A DNA stretch of 64,000 nucleotides from Armatimonadota bacterium (lineage in GTDB: Bacteria; Armatimonadota; UBA5829; DTLH01), in NCBI GenBank assembly GCA_039679675.1, contig JBDKUN010000028.1, forward strand, positions 96,001 to 160,000, read 5' to 3'. The translations under genes were made by a program, and so were the position numbers. The notes beneath the pieces were generated by a model. It was not told where the DNA came from, did not search any database, and saw only the letters and a list, made by a program, of their open reading frames with translations. Shown here piece after piece: positions 1 through 9,642 of the stretch (positions are counted from its first letter, which is position 1; each line of letters opens with the position of its first letter).

Positions 1-327
1 GACATCATTTCCCCGCTTTCTCCTGCAACTTTGAAGCGTATACCGAAGACCGGCGATCTGCTGCTTGTCTGGAACGACCACAAAAATGTGGACGCCGCAG
101 ATAGGTGGAGGAGAAGTCCCCTAAACGTTGCCATTTCCAAGGACGAAGGCAAGACCTGGCAGAAAGAAAAGGTGATTGAGGACAACCCGGACGGCTGGTA
201 CTGCTACACGACAGTGGAATTTGCCGGAAACCGCGTGCTCCTTGCCTATTGCGCCACCGAGCCGCCGCTCGGCCATCTGCAGCAGACCCGATTTGCATAT
301 TTCGATCTTGAGTGGTTGTATAAATAG
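1..327 (+). CDS. exo-alpha-sialidase/BNR-repeat protein, 3' part (5' end outside window)
   Basis: Frame open from base 1; Asp-box SKDEGKTW, LLLVWND, RSPLNVAIS. Confidence 0.8.
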   Translation, partial: DIISPLSPATLKRIPKTGDLLLVWNDHKNVDAADRWRRSPLNVAISKDEGKTWQKEKVIEDNPDGWYCYTTVEFAGNRVLLAYCATEPPLGHLQQTRFAYFDLEWLYK

Positions 328-397
328 GATTCCCCTTTTCGTGTAAAACCCCGGCTGCTGAAGGGCGATAGCTGAAAATTTGGTTTGAACGAAGCTA

Positions 398-427
398 TTG
401 ACGCCGATTCGGCTGACGCTGTATCAT
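398..427 (+). promoter_or_regulatory. putative sigma70 promoter of hdr-flx operon
   Basis: TTGACG-18nt-TATCAT upstream of hdrC. Confidence 0.45.
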
Positions 428-525
428 GTCTCGGATTGGTCCGGCGATGCAGCAGGACCATTATTAATCCAAATTTCGGGCACAGTATATAATTCCGAGC
501 CCAACCTACGATCAGGGATGAGGAT

Positions 526-1110
526 ATGACCCAAGATAGCCAAGAAGCCGTCAGCGCCGACATTTTTGTGCAGGGCGCGGAGATGAACCCCGCGTTCAGC
601 GCTGAAATCGAGCACATGTGCGGCGAAAATTCCCTCAAATGTTACCAGTGCGGCGAGTGCACAGCCGGATGCCCAGCCGCTTTCGCAATGGAGCTTTCCC
701 CCAACCAAGTTATGAGAATGGTCCAGATCGGCTGCAAAGAGCCTGTTCTGAACAGCTCGACAATATGGTTGTGTGCCGGCTGTCAGACCTGCGCCACCCG
801 TTGCCCGCGAGGGCTTTCCGTCACAAAAGTGATGGATGCCTGCCGCGAGCTCGCCATGAAAGAGGGCATCAAGTGCCCTGAAAAGAGTGTCGAAGTATTC
901 CACAAGCAATTCCTTGCGGATGTCGCGCGAAACGGACGGGTGCATGAGGTCGGTATGCTGGGGTTCTACAAAGTAATCTCCGGCAACTTATTTAGTGATA
1001 TTCCCCTCGGAATCAAGATGTTCCTGAGAGGTAAACTCGCGCTGCTCCCTTCAAGAATCAGGGGGCTGGGCGAGGTAAAGAAGATTTTTAAGAATATGGC
1101 GGCAAAGTAG
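526..1110 (+). CDS. hdrC: heterodisulfide reductase subunit C
   Basis: CYQCGECTAGCP and WLCAGCQTCATRCP 4Fe-4S motifs; abuts hdrB. Confidence 0.93.
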   Translation: MTQDSQEAVSADIFVQGAEMNPAFSAEIEHMCGENSLKCYQCGECTAGCPAAFAMELSPNQVMRMVQIGCKEPVLNSSTIWLCAGCQTCATRCPRGLSVTKVMDACRELAMKEGIKCPEKSVEVFHKQFLADVARNGRVHEVGMLGFYKVISGNLFSDIPLGIKMFLRGKLALLPSRIRGLGEVKKIFKNMAAK

Positions 1111-1995
1111 ATGAAGTTCGCGTATTTTCCAGGTTGTTCGCTGCATTCCACAGCAAAAGAGTTTGGTGACTCGACCGTAGCGGTATGCAAGGCTCTCGGT
1201 ATCGACCTTCAGGAGATTCCAGACTGGAGCTGCTGCGGCGCGACATCGGCCCATGCCACAAACCACGAGCTGGCTGTGGCGCTCCCCGCAAGGAGCCTCG
1301 GCATTGCCGAGAAGATGGGGCTCGACATCGTTGCACCCTGCGCGGCCTGCTACAACAGGCTGAAATCCGCAGAGATGGCGATGAAGGATAACGGAGCGCT
1401 GGCCGAGAAGATCAATGCCACGCTCGATGCAAAATACACGGGCGCCATATCCGTCCGGCCGCTCATCGACCCGCTTTCCACGCCTGAGATGCTGGAAAGG
1501 CTGGCGGGGCTCGTCAGAAAACCGCTTACCGGTATGAAGGTCGCGAGCTACTATGGATGCCTGCTCACCCGACCGCCGAAGGTAGTCGGGTTTGACGACC
1601 CGGAGGACCCAAAGTCCATCGACAGCATCGTGACGGCGCTCGGAGCCGAGCCGGTTGATTGGCACTACAAAACTGAGTGCTGCGGCGCGAGCTTCTCGCT
1701 CACCAGAGTCGATATGGTGCAGAAAATGACGCACGATGTCCTTCTTAGAGCGAAAAACGCCGGAGCCGATGCGATGGCATGCGCTTGCCCGCTCTGCCAA
1801 GCGAACCTGGATATGCGGCAGGAAGAGATCGAGAGTCTATACAAAGAGACATTCGGGCTGCCCGCGTTCTATATAACGGAGCTTATGGCGCTTGCGATGG
1901 ACCTGCCTAAGACGATGTGCTATTTCAATAAGCATCTGGTGGACGTATCATCTGCGCTGAAGGCGATAGGAAAGCAGCAGGTGGCAGCGGAGTAG
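1111..1995 (+). CDS. hdrB: heterodisulfide reductase subunit B
   Basis: YFPGCSL, two CCG domains (WSCCGA, TECCGA), ACPLCQANLD. Confidence 0.95.
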   Translation: MKFAYFPGCSLHSTAKEFGDSTVAVCKALGIDLQEIPDWSCCGATSAHATNHELAVALPARSLGIAEKMGLDIVAPCAACYNRLKSAEMAMKDNGALAEKINATLDAKYTGAISVRPLIDPLSTPEMLERLAGLVRKPLTGMKVASYYGCLLTRPPKVVGFDDPEDPKSIDSIVTALGAEPVDWHYKTECCGASFSLTRVDMVQKMTHDVLLRAKNAGADAMACACPLCQANLDMRQEEIESLYKETFGLPAFYITELMALAMDLPKTMCYFNKHLVDVSSALKAIGKQQVAAE

Positions 1996-2002
1996 GAAGT
2001 GA

Positions 2003-2241
2003 TTTTGAACCGCGGAGGCACTGAAGCGATATGGAGACGCGGAATTACGGGTTGCGGAAAATCGGCGAAGGTTACCCGCAATCGGAATTGACTTCGAAGA
2101 TAATCGCATGTGCCATAGAGGTTCATAGAGTTCTTGGGATTATGTTAAGCGGCTGGTAAATGCAAAGAACTGTGAAGTAGCGGAAATTAATCGGAATACG
2201 TGAATCTAAATTCCGCGATTCCGTGCTTCCGCGGTTCAGAA
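2003..2241. mobile_element. miniature inverted-repeat element enclosing a GxxExxY gene remnant
   Basis: Left TTTTGAACCGCGGAGGCAC..CGCGGAATT (2003-2046) and right AATTCCGCGATTCCGTGCTTCCGCGGTTCAGAA (2209-2241) are imperfect inverted repeats. Confidence 0.7.
2031..2203 (+). pseudogene. internally deleted GxxExxY (PD-(D/E)XK-like) gene
   Basis: ATG 2031 gives ..YPQSELTSKIIACAIEVHRVLG (family N-terminus). From 2138 another frame reads DYVKRLVN (resembles the family C-terminus DGIKRxVN). The GxxExxY core is absent. Confidence 0.8.
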
Positions 2242-2300
2242 CTGAAAGCAGTGACTTCGGAGCAAGATCGGGCTGAAGCTTAAGACCGAAAGGATCAGGC

Positions 2301-2768
2301 ATGGGATCTTTACGGATAATCAGGTGGATTGCACGGTTAATAGTGTTGATAATCGCTGTGCCTTTTCTAGCGGCTGTGGGGTGGGTTGCGTATCAAAAAG
2401 AATATTCGATGAATATTCTGGAAATGCCCCCTTTTAATCCATTCCTCATTGGATGGTTTGCCGGCATTTTATCGGCAGTGCTATTTTGTCTGCTTATCAA
2501 ATGGGGCGGTACTGCATTAAAAAAGCGTAAGCCGCTTATAAACAACGAATTAGGCGGGCTTATCATTGCGATAGCGGTATTTTTACCGCTTGTAATAATT
2601 GCAAAACACTTTATTGGTTTTTCAATTGTTGGATTTGCAACAGGTGGAGCAAGCCTGGGCACAGGAATAGGACTCTTTCTTACAGGTGAGATTTCACTGA
2701 AGGAAGAGAAACCTCTCATTGCTCAATTACGGGATACCTGGAAACAACGGACAGCTCGGCGTCAATAA
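2301..2768 (+). CDS. hypothetical membrane protein (about 4 TM), AT-rich insert
   Basis: 155-aa hydrophobic ORF with AAGGA RBS, between hdrB and hdrA. Confidence 0.75.
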   Translation: MGSLRIIRWIARLIVLIIAVPFLAAVGWVAYQKEYSMNILEMPPFNPFLIGWFAGILSAVLFCLLIKWGGTALKKRKPLINNELGGLIIAIAVFLPLVIIAKHFIGFSIVGFATGGASLGTGIGLFLTGEISLKEEKPLIAQLRDTWKQRTARRQ

Positions 2769-2798
2769 AGACAGCTTCGAGCATATGAAGCATAAAAA

Positions 2799-2830
2799 GC
2801 TGATGGCTGCGGGCTTACAGCTCGCAGCTA
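2799..2830 (+). repeat. 7-nt periodic GCTGAnn array
   Basis: gctgatg gctgcgg gcttaca gctcgca gcta. Confidence 0.6.
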
Positions 2831-2842
2831 AAAGAGGTAACG

Positions 2843-4846
2843 ATGGCAAGAATCGGAGTTTTCGTGTGCCACTGCGGCACGAACATAGCAAAGACGGTCG
2901 ATGTTGATAAGGTCGCACAGGCTGCAGCCGAGTTTCCTGATGTCGTTTTTGCCACTAATTACAAATATATGTGCTCTGAGCCGGGCCAGAACCTGATAAA
3001 GGAGGCCATCAGGGAGCACAAGCTGGACCGCGTAGTCGTGGCAGCGTGTTCACCGCGCCTGCATGAGCCTACGTTCCGGCGCTGCATCGAGCAGGAAGGG
3101 CTGAACCCCTACTTCGCCGAGATGGCAAACATCAGAGAGCATTGCTCCTGGGTCCACGAAGACCACGATGCCGCGACTGAAAAAGCCATCGACATCGTCG
3201 GCATGATGGTCGCCAAGGCTAAGAAAAACGAGCCGCTCTTCACGAAGGACATCCCGCTCACCAAGAAAGCTATGGTCATCGGCGGCGGCGTGGCCGGAAT
3301 CAGGGCCGCGCTCGACATCGCCGAAGCGGGCTACAAGGTAGTCCTCGTTGAAAAGACTCCTTCCATCGGCGGCCGAATGGCCCAGTATGACAAGACCTTC
3401 CCGACGCTCGACTGCGCCGCGTGTATTCTGACCCCTATGATGGTCGACTGCGCGAGCCACCCGAATATCCAGATTATGTCTTATTCCGAGGTCGAAGAAG
3501 TCTCCGGCTACGTCGGCAACTTCACGGTCAAGATTCGGAAGAAGGCAAGAAGCGTCGATGCCTCCAAGTGCACCGGCTGCGGCGTCTGCTATGAAAAATG
3601 TGTCGTCAAGGGGCTCAAAAATGAGTTCGACGAAGGGCTCGGTGAGCGGCATGCGATCTATGTTCCGTTCCCGCAGGCTGTCCCGAACGTCCCTGTAATC
3701 GACCGCGAGCACTGCCGCCAGTTCGTAAAGGGCAAGTGCGGCGTCTGCCAGAAGATGTGCCCTGCCGGAGCAATCGACTACGAACAGGAAGACGAGATCG
3801 TGACCGAGGAGATCGGCGCAATCGTCGTCGCAACCGGGTTCAAGCTCTGGGACTACAGCAAGCTAGGTGAGTACGGCTACGGGAAGTACCCGGATGTCAT
3901 CAGCGGAATCCAGTTCGAACGGTTGATGAACGCATCCGGCCCGACCGAAGGTAAGATCAAGAGGCCGTCAGACGGCAAGGTCCCTGAGTCCGTCGTATTC
4001 CTCTCCTGCATAGGGTCGAGGGACGACGAGCACGGCTATCCTTACTGCTCCAAGGTCTGCTGCATGTATAACGCCAAGCACGCGCTGCTCTTAAAAGACA
4101 AGCTGCACGACGCAAAGGCTTACGTTTTTTATATGGACATCCGCGCAAACGGCAAGGGATATGAAGAGTTCGTCCGAAGGGCCATAGAGGACTACGGCGC
4201 AACCTATATCCGGGGCCGGGTGAGCCGGATTTTCCCCGAAGACGGCAAAATGGTCGTCCGGGGCGCGGACACGCTCCTCGGAAAGCCCGTAGAAGTGAGA
4301 GCGGACATGGTGGTCCTCGCGACCGCTATGGAGCCTCAAAGCGACGCGAAAGACCTTGCAAGACTGCTGGGAATATCGACGGACCAGTACAACTGGTTCG
4401 CTGAAGCGCATCCCAAGCTCAGGCCGGTCGAGGTACTCACCGCCGGAATCTACCTTGCGGGAGCCTGCCAGTATCCTAAGGACATCCCTGATACGGTAGC
4501 ACAGGCCTCAGGCGCGGCTTCGAAGGTCACGGGGCTCTTCTCGAAAGAGGCGATCACCTCCGAGCCGATGATCGCTTACATAAACGAAGAAACCTGCGTC
4601 GGCTGCGGGCTCTGCGCGAGCGTCTGCCCGTTCACGGCGATAGATATGGTCGAAGTGGTCGACCGGGCGAAATCGACCCGCGAGAACCAGGTTATGAGGA
4701 CAGTGGCAAGGGTCAACGAAGGCGTCTGCCACGGATGCGGGACCTGCGCCGCCGGTTGCCGGTCGCTTTCAGCGAAGCTTAGAGGCTTCGAGGACAGCCA
4801 GATCCTGGCCGAAATCGACGCACTCGCGAATATACACGTAAAATAG
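2843..4846 (+). CDS. hdrA: heterodisulfide reductase subunit A
   Basis: RIGVFVCHCGTNI, GGGVAG FAD site, KTFPTLDC, CSKVCC, ferredoxin inserts. Confidence 0.97.
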   Translation: MARIGVFVCHCGTNIAKTVDVDKVAQAAAEFPDVVFATNYKYMCSEPGQNLIKEAIREHKLDRVVVAACSPRLHEPTFRRCIEQEGLNPYFAEMANIREHCSWVHEDHDAATEKAIDIVGMMVAKAKKNEPLFTKDIPLTKKAMVIGGGVAGIRAALDIAEAGYKVVLVEKTPSIGGRMAQYDKTFPTLDCAACILTPMMVDCASHPNIQIMSYSEVEEVSGYVGNFTVKIRKKARSVDASKCTGCGVCYEKCVVKGLKNEFDEGLGERHAIYVPFPQAVPNVPVIDREHCRQFVKGKCGVCQKMCPAGAIDYEQEDEIVTEEIGAIVVATGFKLWDYSKLGEYGYGKYPDVISGIQFERLMNASGPTEGKIKRPSDGKVPESVVFLSCIGSRDDEHGYPYCSKVCCMYNAKHALLLKDKLHDAKAYVFYMDIRANGKGYEEFVRRAIEDYGATYIRGRVSRIFPEDGKMVVRGADTLLGKPVEVRADMVVLATAMEPQSDAKDLARLLGISTDQYNWFAEAHPKLRPVEVLTAGIYLAGACQYPKDIPDTVAQASGAASKVTGLFSKEAITSEPMIAYINEETCVGCGLCASVCPFTAIDMVEVVDRAKSTRENQVMRTVARVNEGVCHGCGTCAAGCRSLSAKLRGFEDSQILAEIDALANIHVK

Positions 4847-4879
4847 GGTTCTAATCACTTTCGTGACGAAAGAAAAGAT

Positions 4880-5341
4880 ATGACAGAAGAGATTACTGAG
4901 CAACAGAAGACAGAAAAAGGCTGGGAGCCGGTGATTTTAGGCATCCTGTGTAACTGGTGCAGCTATGCCGGAGCAGACCTTGCGGGAAGCTCCAGGCTGA
5001 AGCAGCCGGCGAACCTCAGGATTGTCCGCGTCCCGTGTTCCGGGCGCGTCAACCCGCTTTTTATCCTTAAAGGGTTCCAGAAGGGGTTCGATGGTGTAGT
5101 AGTGCTTGGGTGTCACCCAGGCGATTGCCACTACGCCAAGGGGAACTACTTCGCCAGACGCCGGATTATGCTCATAAAGGAGCTTCTCCAGAGCGTAGGA
5201 ATAGAGCCGGAGCGGTTCCATTTCGAGTGGGTCTCCGCATCCGAGGGTATACGGTTCGCGGAAGTCGTCCGGGAGATGTCCGACAATATCAAAAAAATCG
5301 GGCCGTTCACCGGCGTGGACTGCTCAAAGGTCACTATGTAG
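4880..5341 (+). CDS. mvhD: MvhD/FlxD 2Fe-2S subunit
   Basis: CNWCSYAGAD, VPCSGRV, GCHPGDCHY, WVSASEG. Confidence 0.95.
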   Translation: MTEEITEQQKTEKGWEPVILGILCNWCSYAGADLAGSSRLKQPANLRIVRVPCSGRVNPLFILKGFQKGFDGVVVLGCHPGDCHYAKGNYFARRRIMLIKELLQSVGIEPERFHFEWVSASEGIRFAEVVREMSDNIKKIGPFTGVDCSKVTM

Positions 5342-5372
5342 TACCATCCTGAATCGCAGGTGTGTAAAGCGA

Positions 5373-5777
5373 ATGAGCCCGGAACGCAGGCGAAACCTTG
5401 TAATAGCATTAGCGATCTTTGCGGTTTACTGTATTATAGAGATCGCCAGCTTATTGTTTGGGTTTGGTTTGTTGAGCCGCGGAGCAACCTTTATGCCGGG
5501 GATAGCTTCGGGAATGTTTGTGGGCTATGCCATGATCGAAGGCTTACTCACTTTTAAACCTGGTGAGTCCGTCTTTATTGCGCAGCCGGACGACGATATA
5601 AAGCTGCATCGAATGCCGATTGTCAAAGCGATGCTTTATGTTTTTGCTCCGATGGCAGCGTTGCCAGTTCGCATTAACCATTGGCTGATTTATCTTTCGA
5701 TAGCGTTATTTGCCGGAATCTTGGTCCATGTGGGATGGCTTGTAGCCAAATACGTACGTGAACCGAATAATGCTTAA
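5373..5777 (+). CDS. hypothetical membrane protein (about 4 TM)
   Basis: 134-aa hydrophobic ORF inserted after mvhD. Confidence 0.65.
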   Translation: MSPERRRNLVIALAIFAVYCIIEIASLLFGFGLLSRGATFMPGIASGMFVGYAMIEGLLTFKPGESVFIAQPDDDIKLHRMPIVKAMLYVFAPMAALPVRINHWLIYLSIALFAGILVHVGWLVAKYVREPNNA

Positions 5778-5779
5778 CT

Positions 5780-7531
5780 GTGGAGCGGGATCCAGACCGT
5801 AAATATGAGGTATCAGGTGTGCAGTTAGTCAAAGACGGAAAAAGCGGCTATGTCATCATAATTGCGAAAGATGCGTCTCCGTCTGAGCATCGTGCAGCAG
5901 CCGAATTCCAGCGGTTTATAGGTGAGATGTCCGGCGTGACTATACCTTATGCACCGGACAGCGCGAACCCGCCGGAGAACGCAGTGCTCATCGGGAACTC
6001 CGAAGCGCTGAAGTCGCTCGGGCTGGAAATCGACTTTGATGATCTAGGTGAAGAAGGCTACACCATAAGGACAGCCGGAAAGAGACTCGTCATAGCTGGT
6101 GGGAAGCTGCGCGGAACGATGTACGGGGTCTCCGGGCTCCTGGAAGACGTTCTCGGCTGCAGATGGTACAGCTCCAAAGTGAGCAGAATACCAAGTAAGC
6201 CCACTATAGACATTGATAACCTGAATATAACGGAAAAGCCCGCCTTCGAGTACCGCGAGCCGTTCTATACAGAGGCATGGGACAAGGACTGGGCAGCGCG
6301 GAACCGGAACAACGGAGCCACCATGGAGCTGGACGAGGAGACCGGCGGCAAGTTGGTCTACTACCCGTTCGTTCATTCGTTCGACAAGCTGGTCCCGCTC
6401 GATAAATATTGGGATACGCATCCTGAGTATTTCTCGCTGGTCAAAGGAGAGCGGGTCAAAGAAAACACCCAGCTCTGCATGTCCAACCCGGATGTCCTGA
6501 AGATCGCGACGGCGACCGTGATGGAATGGATAAAGGAACATCCTGAGGCTAAAATCTATTCGGTCTCTCAAAACGATTGGAACCGCAACTGCCAGTGCGA
6601 TAAATGCCGGGCAATCGACGAAGAAGAGGGCAGCCCATCGGGGCTTTTGCTCCGGTTTTGCAATGCTATAGCAGAAGAAGTGGAGAAGGCCTATCCTGAT
6701 AAGCTGATCGACACTTTGGCTTACGAATGGACGGAAAAGCCGCCGAAGATCACAAAGCCGCGGCACAACGTCCGGGTGAGGCTTTGCCCGATAAAGTGCT
6801 GCGAAGCGCACCCGTATGAGTCCTGCGACAAGCAAGAAAATATCGATTTTGCGGCTAACCTTAAGGAATGGGCCAGGATTACGGATAACCTTTATATCTG
6901 GCACTATAACACAAGTTTCAAGCATTATCTGCTTCCGTTCCCGGACTACAGGCAGCTGCCTGATTCCGCAAAGCTTTATAAGAAATACGGCGTTGTAGGG
7001 GTGTTCTGGCAGGGCAGCTATCCTGAAGGCGGCGGAGGCGAGTTTGCCGAGCTGAAGTCTTATATGCTGGCAAAGCTCTCCTGGAATCCGAATGTCGATG
7101 CGGATGCCGTAATTAAAGACTTTTTGGACGGCTACTACGGTACAGGCGGTAAGTATATAAGAGAGTACATCGAACTCCTTGTGGATAAAGTCACGAAGGA
7201 TAATATCCATCTGAGCATCTGGGACGAGCCGACGGCAGTTTTTCTGACGTCTGAGATAATCTCTAAGGCCGATGAGCTGTTTGAAAAAGCAAAAGCCGCC
7301 GCTGAGTCGCCGGATGTTCTTGAAAGAATAAATAAAGCTTATCTGTCTATCGAATACGTCAAGCTGATGCAACCTATAATGCGTAAGGAGTTCACTGACA
7401 AAGAGAAAGCGCTAAACGAGCTCGATGCGTTCGCTGCTAAGTGCAAAGGCTACGGGCTGACCCGCTTTGAAGAATGGAACCCGATGGACATAACGCGCGA
7501 CCGTTTCAAAAAGGATCTGATCGGGCTGTAA
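5780..7531 (+). CDS. DUF4838 family protein (glycoside-hydrolase-like); true start may be GTG 5819
   Basis: N-terminal GH20/GH67-like domain (EEGYTIRT..IAGGKLRGTMYGV..LLED), HPEYFSL, QLCMSNP, CQCDKC. Confidence 0.85.
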   Translation: MERDPDRKYEVSGVQLVKDGKSGYVIIIAKDASPSEHRAAAEFQRFIGEMSGVTIPYAPDSANPPENAVLIGNSEALKSLGLEIDFDDLGEEGYTIRTAGKRLVIAGGKLRGTMYGVSGLLEDVLGCRWYSSKVSRIPSKPTIDIDNLNITEKPAFEYREPFYTEAWDKDWAARNRNNGATMELDEETGGKLVYYPFVHSFDKLVPLDKYWDTHPEYFSLVKGERVKENTQLCMSNPDVLKIATATVMEWIKEHPEAKIYSVSQNDWNRNCQCDKCRAIDEEEGSPSGLLLRFCNAIAEEVEKAYPDKLIDTLAYEWTEKPPKITKPRHNVRVRLCPIKCCEAHPYESCDKQENIDFAANLKEWARITDNLYIWHYNTSFKHYLLPFPDYRQLPDSAKLYKKYGVVGVFWQGSYPEGGGGEFAELKSYMLAKLSWNPNVDADAVIKDFLDGYYGTGGKYIREYIELLVDKVTKDNIHLSIWDEPTAVFLTSEIISKADELFEKAKAAAESPDVLERINKAYLSIEYVKLMQPIMRKEFTDKEKALNELDAFAAKCKGYGLTRFEEWNPMDITRDRFKKDLIGL

Positions 7532-7613
7532 GATATTTTGCATCTGGCCGCCTGCGGCGGACGCTCGGCAAGCAGTCCGAAGCAATTAAATTTATTATAA
7601 CAGGGATAAAGCG

Positions 7614-7645
7614 GCTGAAAACCGGCCGCTGAAAGCTGACAGCTA
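7614..7645 (+). repeat. 7-nt periodic GCTGAnn array
   Basis: gctgaaa accggcc gctgaaa gctgaca gcta immediately before flxC start. Confidence 0.6.
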
Positions 7646-7648
7646 AAA

Positions 7649-8596
7649 ATGGCAAATGAAATAGAACAAAAGATACGTGAAGAAGCAAAGAAGCTGCTCG
7701 AATCGGGCGAGGTGACGCTTGTCCTCGGTTGGAAAGCAGGCAGCACACCGTTTAGGACCACTCCAGCATTCGTAAGAAGCGCAGAAGAGGTCGATAGCCT
7801 GGTGTGGAACCCGGCCTGCACGAACAACCTGGCGGTCTATCTGCCGCAGGTAGCGAAGCGTGCTAGGGTCGCGGTCGTCGCCAAGCCTTGCGACAGCCGG
7901 TCTATCGTCACCCTCATTCAGGAAAAGCAGGTTCCGCGCGAGAATGTGAAGGTCATCGGCATATCGTGCGCCGGGATAGTGGATGACGCGTCACTGAAGG
8001 CCGCGAAGATACGGCTTCAGGATGTCCACGGGCTCGACTGGGAAGGCGACAGCATCCTGATCGGCACACCAGCGGGCAAAACGAAGCTGCCTATGGCTGA
8101 CGCAGTGCGCGAAGGCTGCAAGACCTGCACTGTCCACACGCCTGTCATGAGCGATGCGGCATTCGGGGATGCGCCTGAGGCGAACCCGGCTCCTGTCGAG
8201 CCGATGGAAGGGTCTTTCGAAGAAAAAAGAGCCTTCTGGGCGAAGCAGTTCGAGCGCTGCATCCGGTGCTACGCCTGCCGCCAGGTCTGCCCGGCCTGCT
8301 ACTGCAGCAAGTGCTTTGCCGACAGGCCCGACACCAAATGGACCAGCAAAAAGGCGGATGCGTCTGAGGCGTGGATGTTCCACATGGGGCGTGCGATGCA
8401 CCTCGCAGGTCGCTGCATAGGCTGCGGCGAGTGCGAGAGGGCCTGCCCGATGGAGCTTCCGCTTATGAAGCTGAACCGTGAAGTTGCGCTCCACGTTCAG
8501 GAAATGTATGATTACACGCCGGGAATGGACCCGGATACAGACCCGGTGCTCGGTCACTGGGAACCGGAAGACATAGACCCGAACGGGCATCACTAG
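7649..8596 (+). CDS. flxC: FlxC, FdhB/FrhB-like Fe-S subunit
   Basis: KPCDSRS, CIRCYACRQVCPACYC, HLAGRCIGCGECERACP; operon context. Confidence 0.85.
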   Translation: MANEIEQKIREEAKKLLESGEVTLVLGWKAGSTPFRTTPAFVRSAEEVDSLVWNPACTNNLAVYLPQVAKRARVAVVAKPCDSRSIVTLIQEKQVPRENVKVIGISCAGIVDDASLKAAKIRLQDVHGLDWEGDSILIGTPAGKTKLPMADAVREGCKTCTVHTPVMSDAAFGDAPEANPAPVEPMEGSFEEKRAFWAKQFERCIRCYACRQVCPACYCSKCFADRPDTKWTSKKADASEAWMFHMGRAMHLAGRCIGCGECERACPMELPLMKLNREVALHVQEMYDYTPGMDPDTDPVLGHWEPEDIDPNGHH

Positions 8597-8619
8597 TTTA
8601 ATTACGAGAGCAGAATAAA

Positions 8620-9642
8620 ATGCCAGATAAAGTTATAAGTAAAAGCGACCTTCGACAGTGGCTTACGAGCCTCTTGGCCGACCATGACGTTATCGCGCCG
8701 GTCGACCGTGAAGCTGGCCCCGCTGCCTGGAAGGACATCGACGGCAAAGAAGACATCGAGATCGGCACAAGCGGCCTTCTGATGGCTGCAAAGGAATATC
8801 TTCTACCGGTGCATGACGTCCTCTTCCGCTACAAGGGCAAAAAAGGCGAGCAGACGCTTGAGTCTCCTGAAGTAAGCAAAAAGCCGAAGCTCATGATCGG
8901 CCTTCGGCTCTGCGACGCGCAGGCGATCTCCGTCCTCGACTCCGTATACTTGGAAGGCCGGTTCAAGGACCCGTATTACGCCGCGCGGAGGGAAAACCTC
9001 ACGCTGATGGCTACCGTCTGTGACGATCCCAGGTGGAGCTGCTTCTGCACCTCCGTCGGCGACCTGAACGAGTGGGCCAAGAAAGTAGACGCGCTTATCA
9101 CAGACCTCGGCGACAAGGTCTACGTCGCACCGGTCACGGAAAAGGGCGAAAAACTCCTTTCAACTCCGGCGTTCAAGGACCCGGCCGATGAAGACGTGAA
9201 AAAGAAGAATCAGGTCTGGGAAAACCTGCTTGCGCTGCCCAAGCAGCCGTTTGCAGGCAAAGACGTATCCCAAAGCGTTTCCTGGGATGCCCCGATCTGG
9301 AAAGATATGGCCGACAGATGCCTCGGATGCGGCGCATGCAGCTATCAGTGCCCGTCCTGCACATGTTTTGACATCCAGGACGACACGGTGGGCAATACGA
9401 TAGAGCGCTACCGCTGCCGCGACACCTGCCAGTTCTCAGATTTTACGCTTATGGGCGCTGGGCACAACCCTCGTCCCGAAAAGACGATGCGCACCCGCCA
9501 GCGGGTTATGCATAAGTTCAAATATCAGATAGAGCAGTTCAACATAATCGGCTGCACAGGCTGCGGCCGCTGCGTAGAGAGCTGCCCGGTCAATATTGAT
9601 TTGAGAGATGTTCTCTCAAAGATAACAGAGCAAAAAGCATGA
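8620..9642 (+). CDS. flxB: FlxB, AsrA-like Fe-S subunit
   Basis: DPYYAARR, CFCTS, CLGCGACSYQCPSCTCFD, CTGCGRCVESCP. Confidence 0.85.
   Translation: MPDKVISKSDLRQWLTSLLADHDVIAPVDREAGPAAWKDIDGKEDIEIGTSGLLMAAKEYLLPVHDVLFRYKGKKGEQTLESPEVSKKPKLMIGLRLCDAQAISVLDSVYLEGRFKDPYYAARRENLTLMATVCDDPRWSCFCTSVGDLNEWAKKVDALITDLGDKVYVAPVTEKGEKLLSTPAFKDPADEDVKKKNQVWENLLALPKQPFAGKDVSQSVSWDAPIWKDMADRCLGCGACSYQCPSCTCFDIQDDTVGNTIERYRCRDTCQFSDFTLMGAGHNPRPEKTMRTRQRVMHKFKYQIEQFNIIGCTGCGRCVESCPVNIDLRDVLSKITEQKA

Noticed and set aside
2843..5341. Selenocysteine recoding in HdrA/MvhD
   Set aside because: Both ORFs are uninterrupted with Cys at the relevant positions; no in-frame TGA
6044..7372. 442-aa antisense ORF (also 18141-19175, 21356-22354, 27549-28469, 41834-42679, 50886-51758)
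   Set aside because: Shadow frames opposite well-supported genes, with no recognisable motifs
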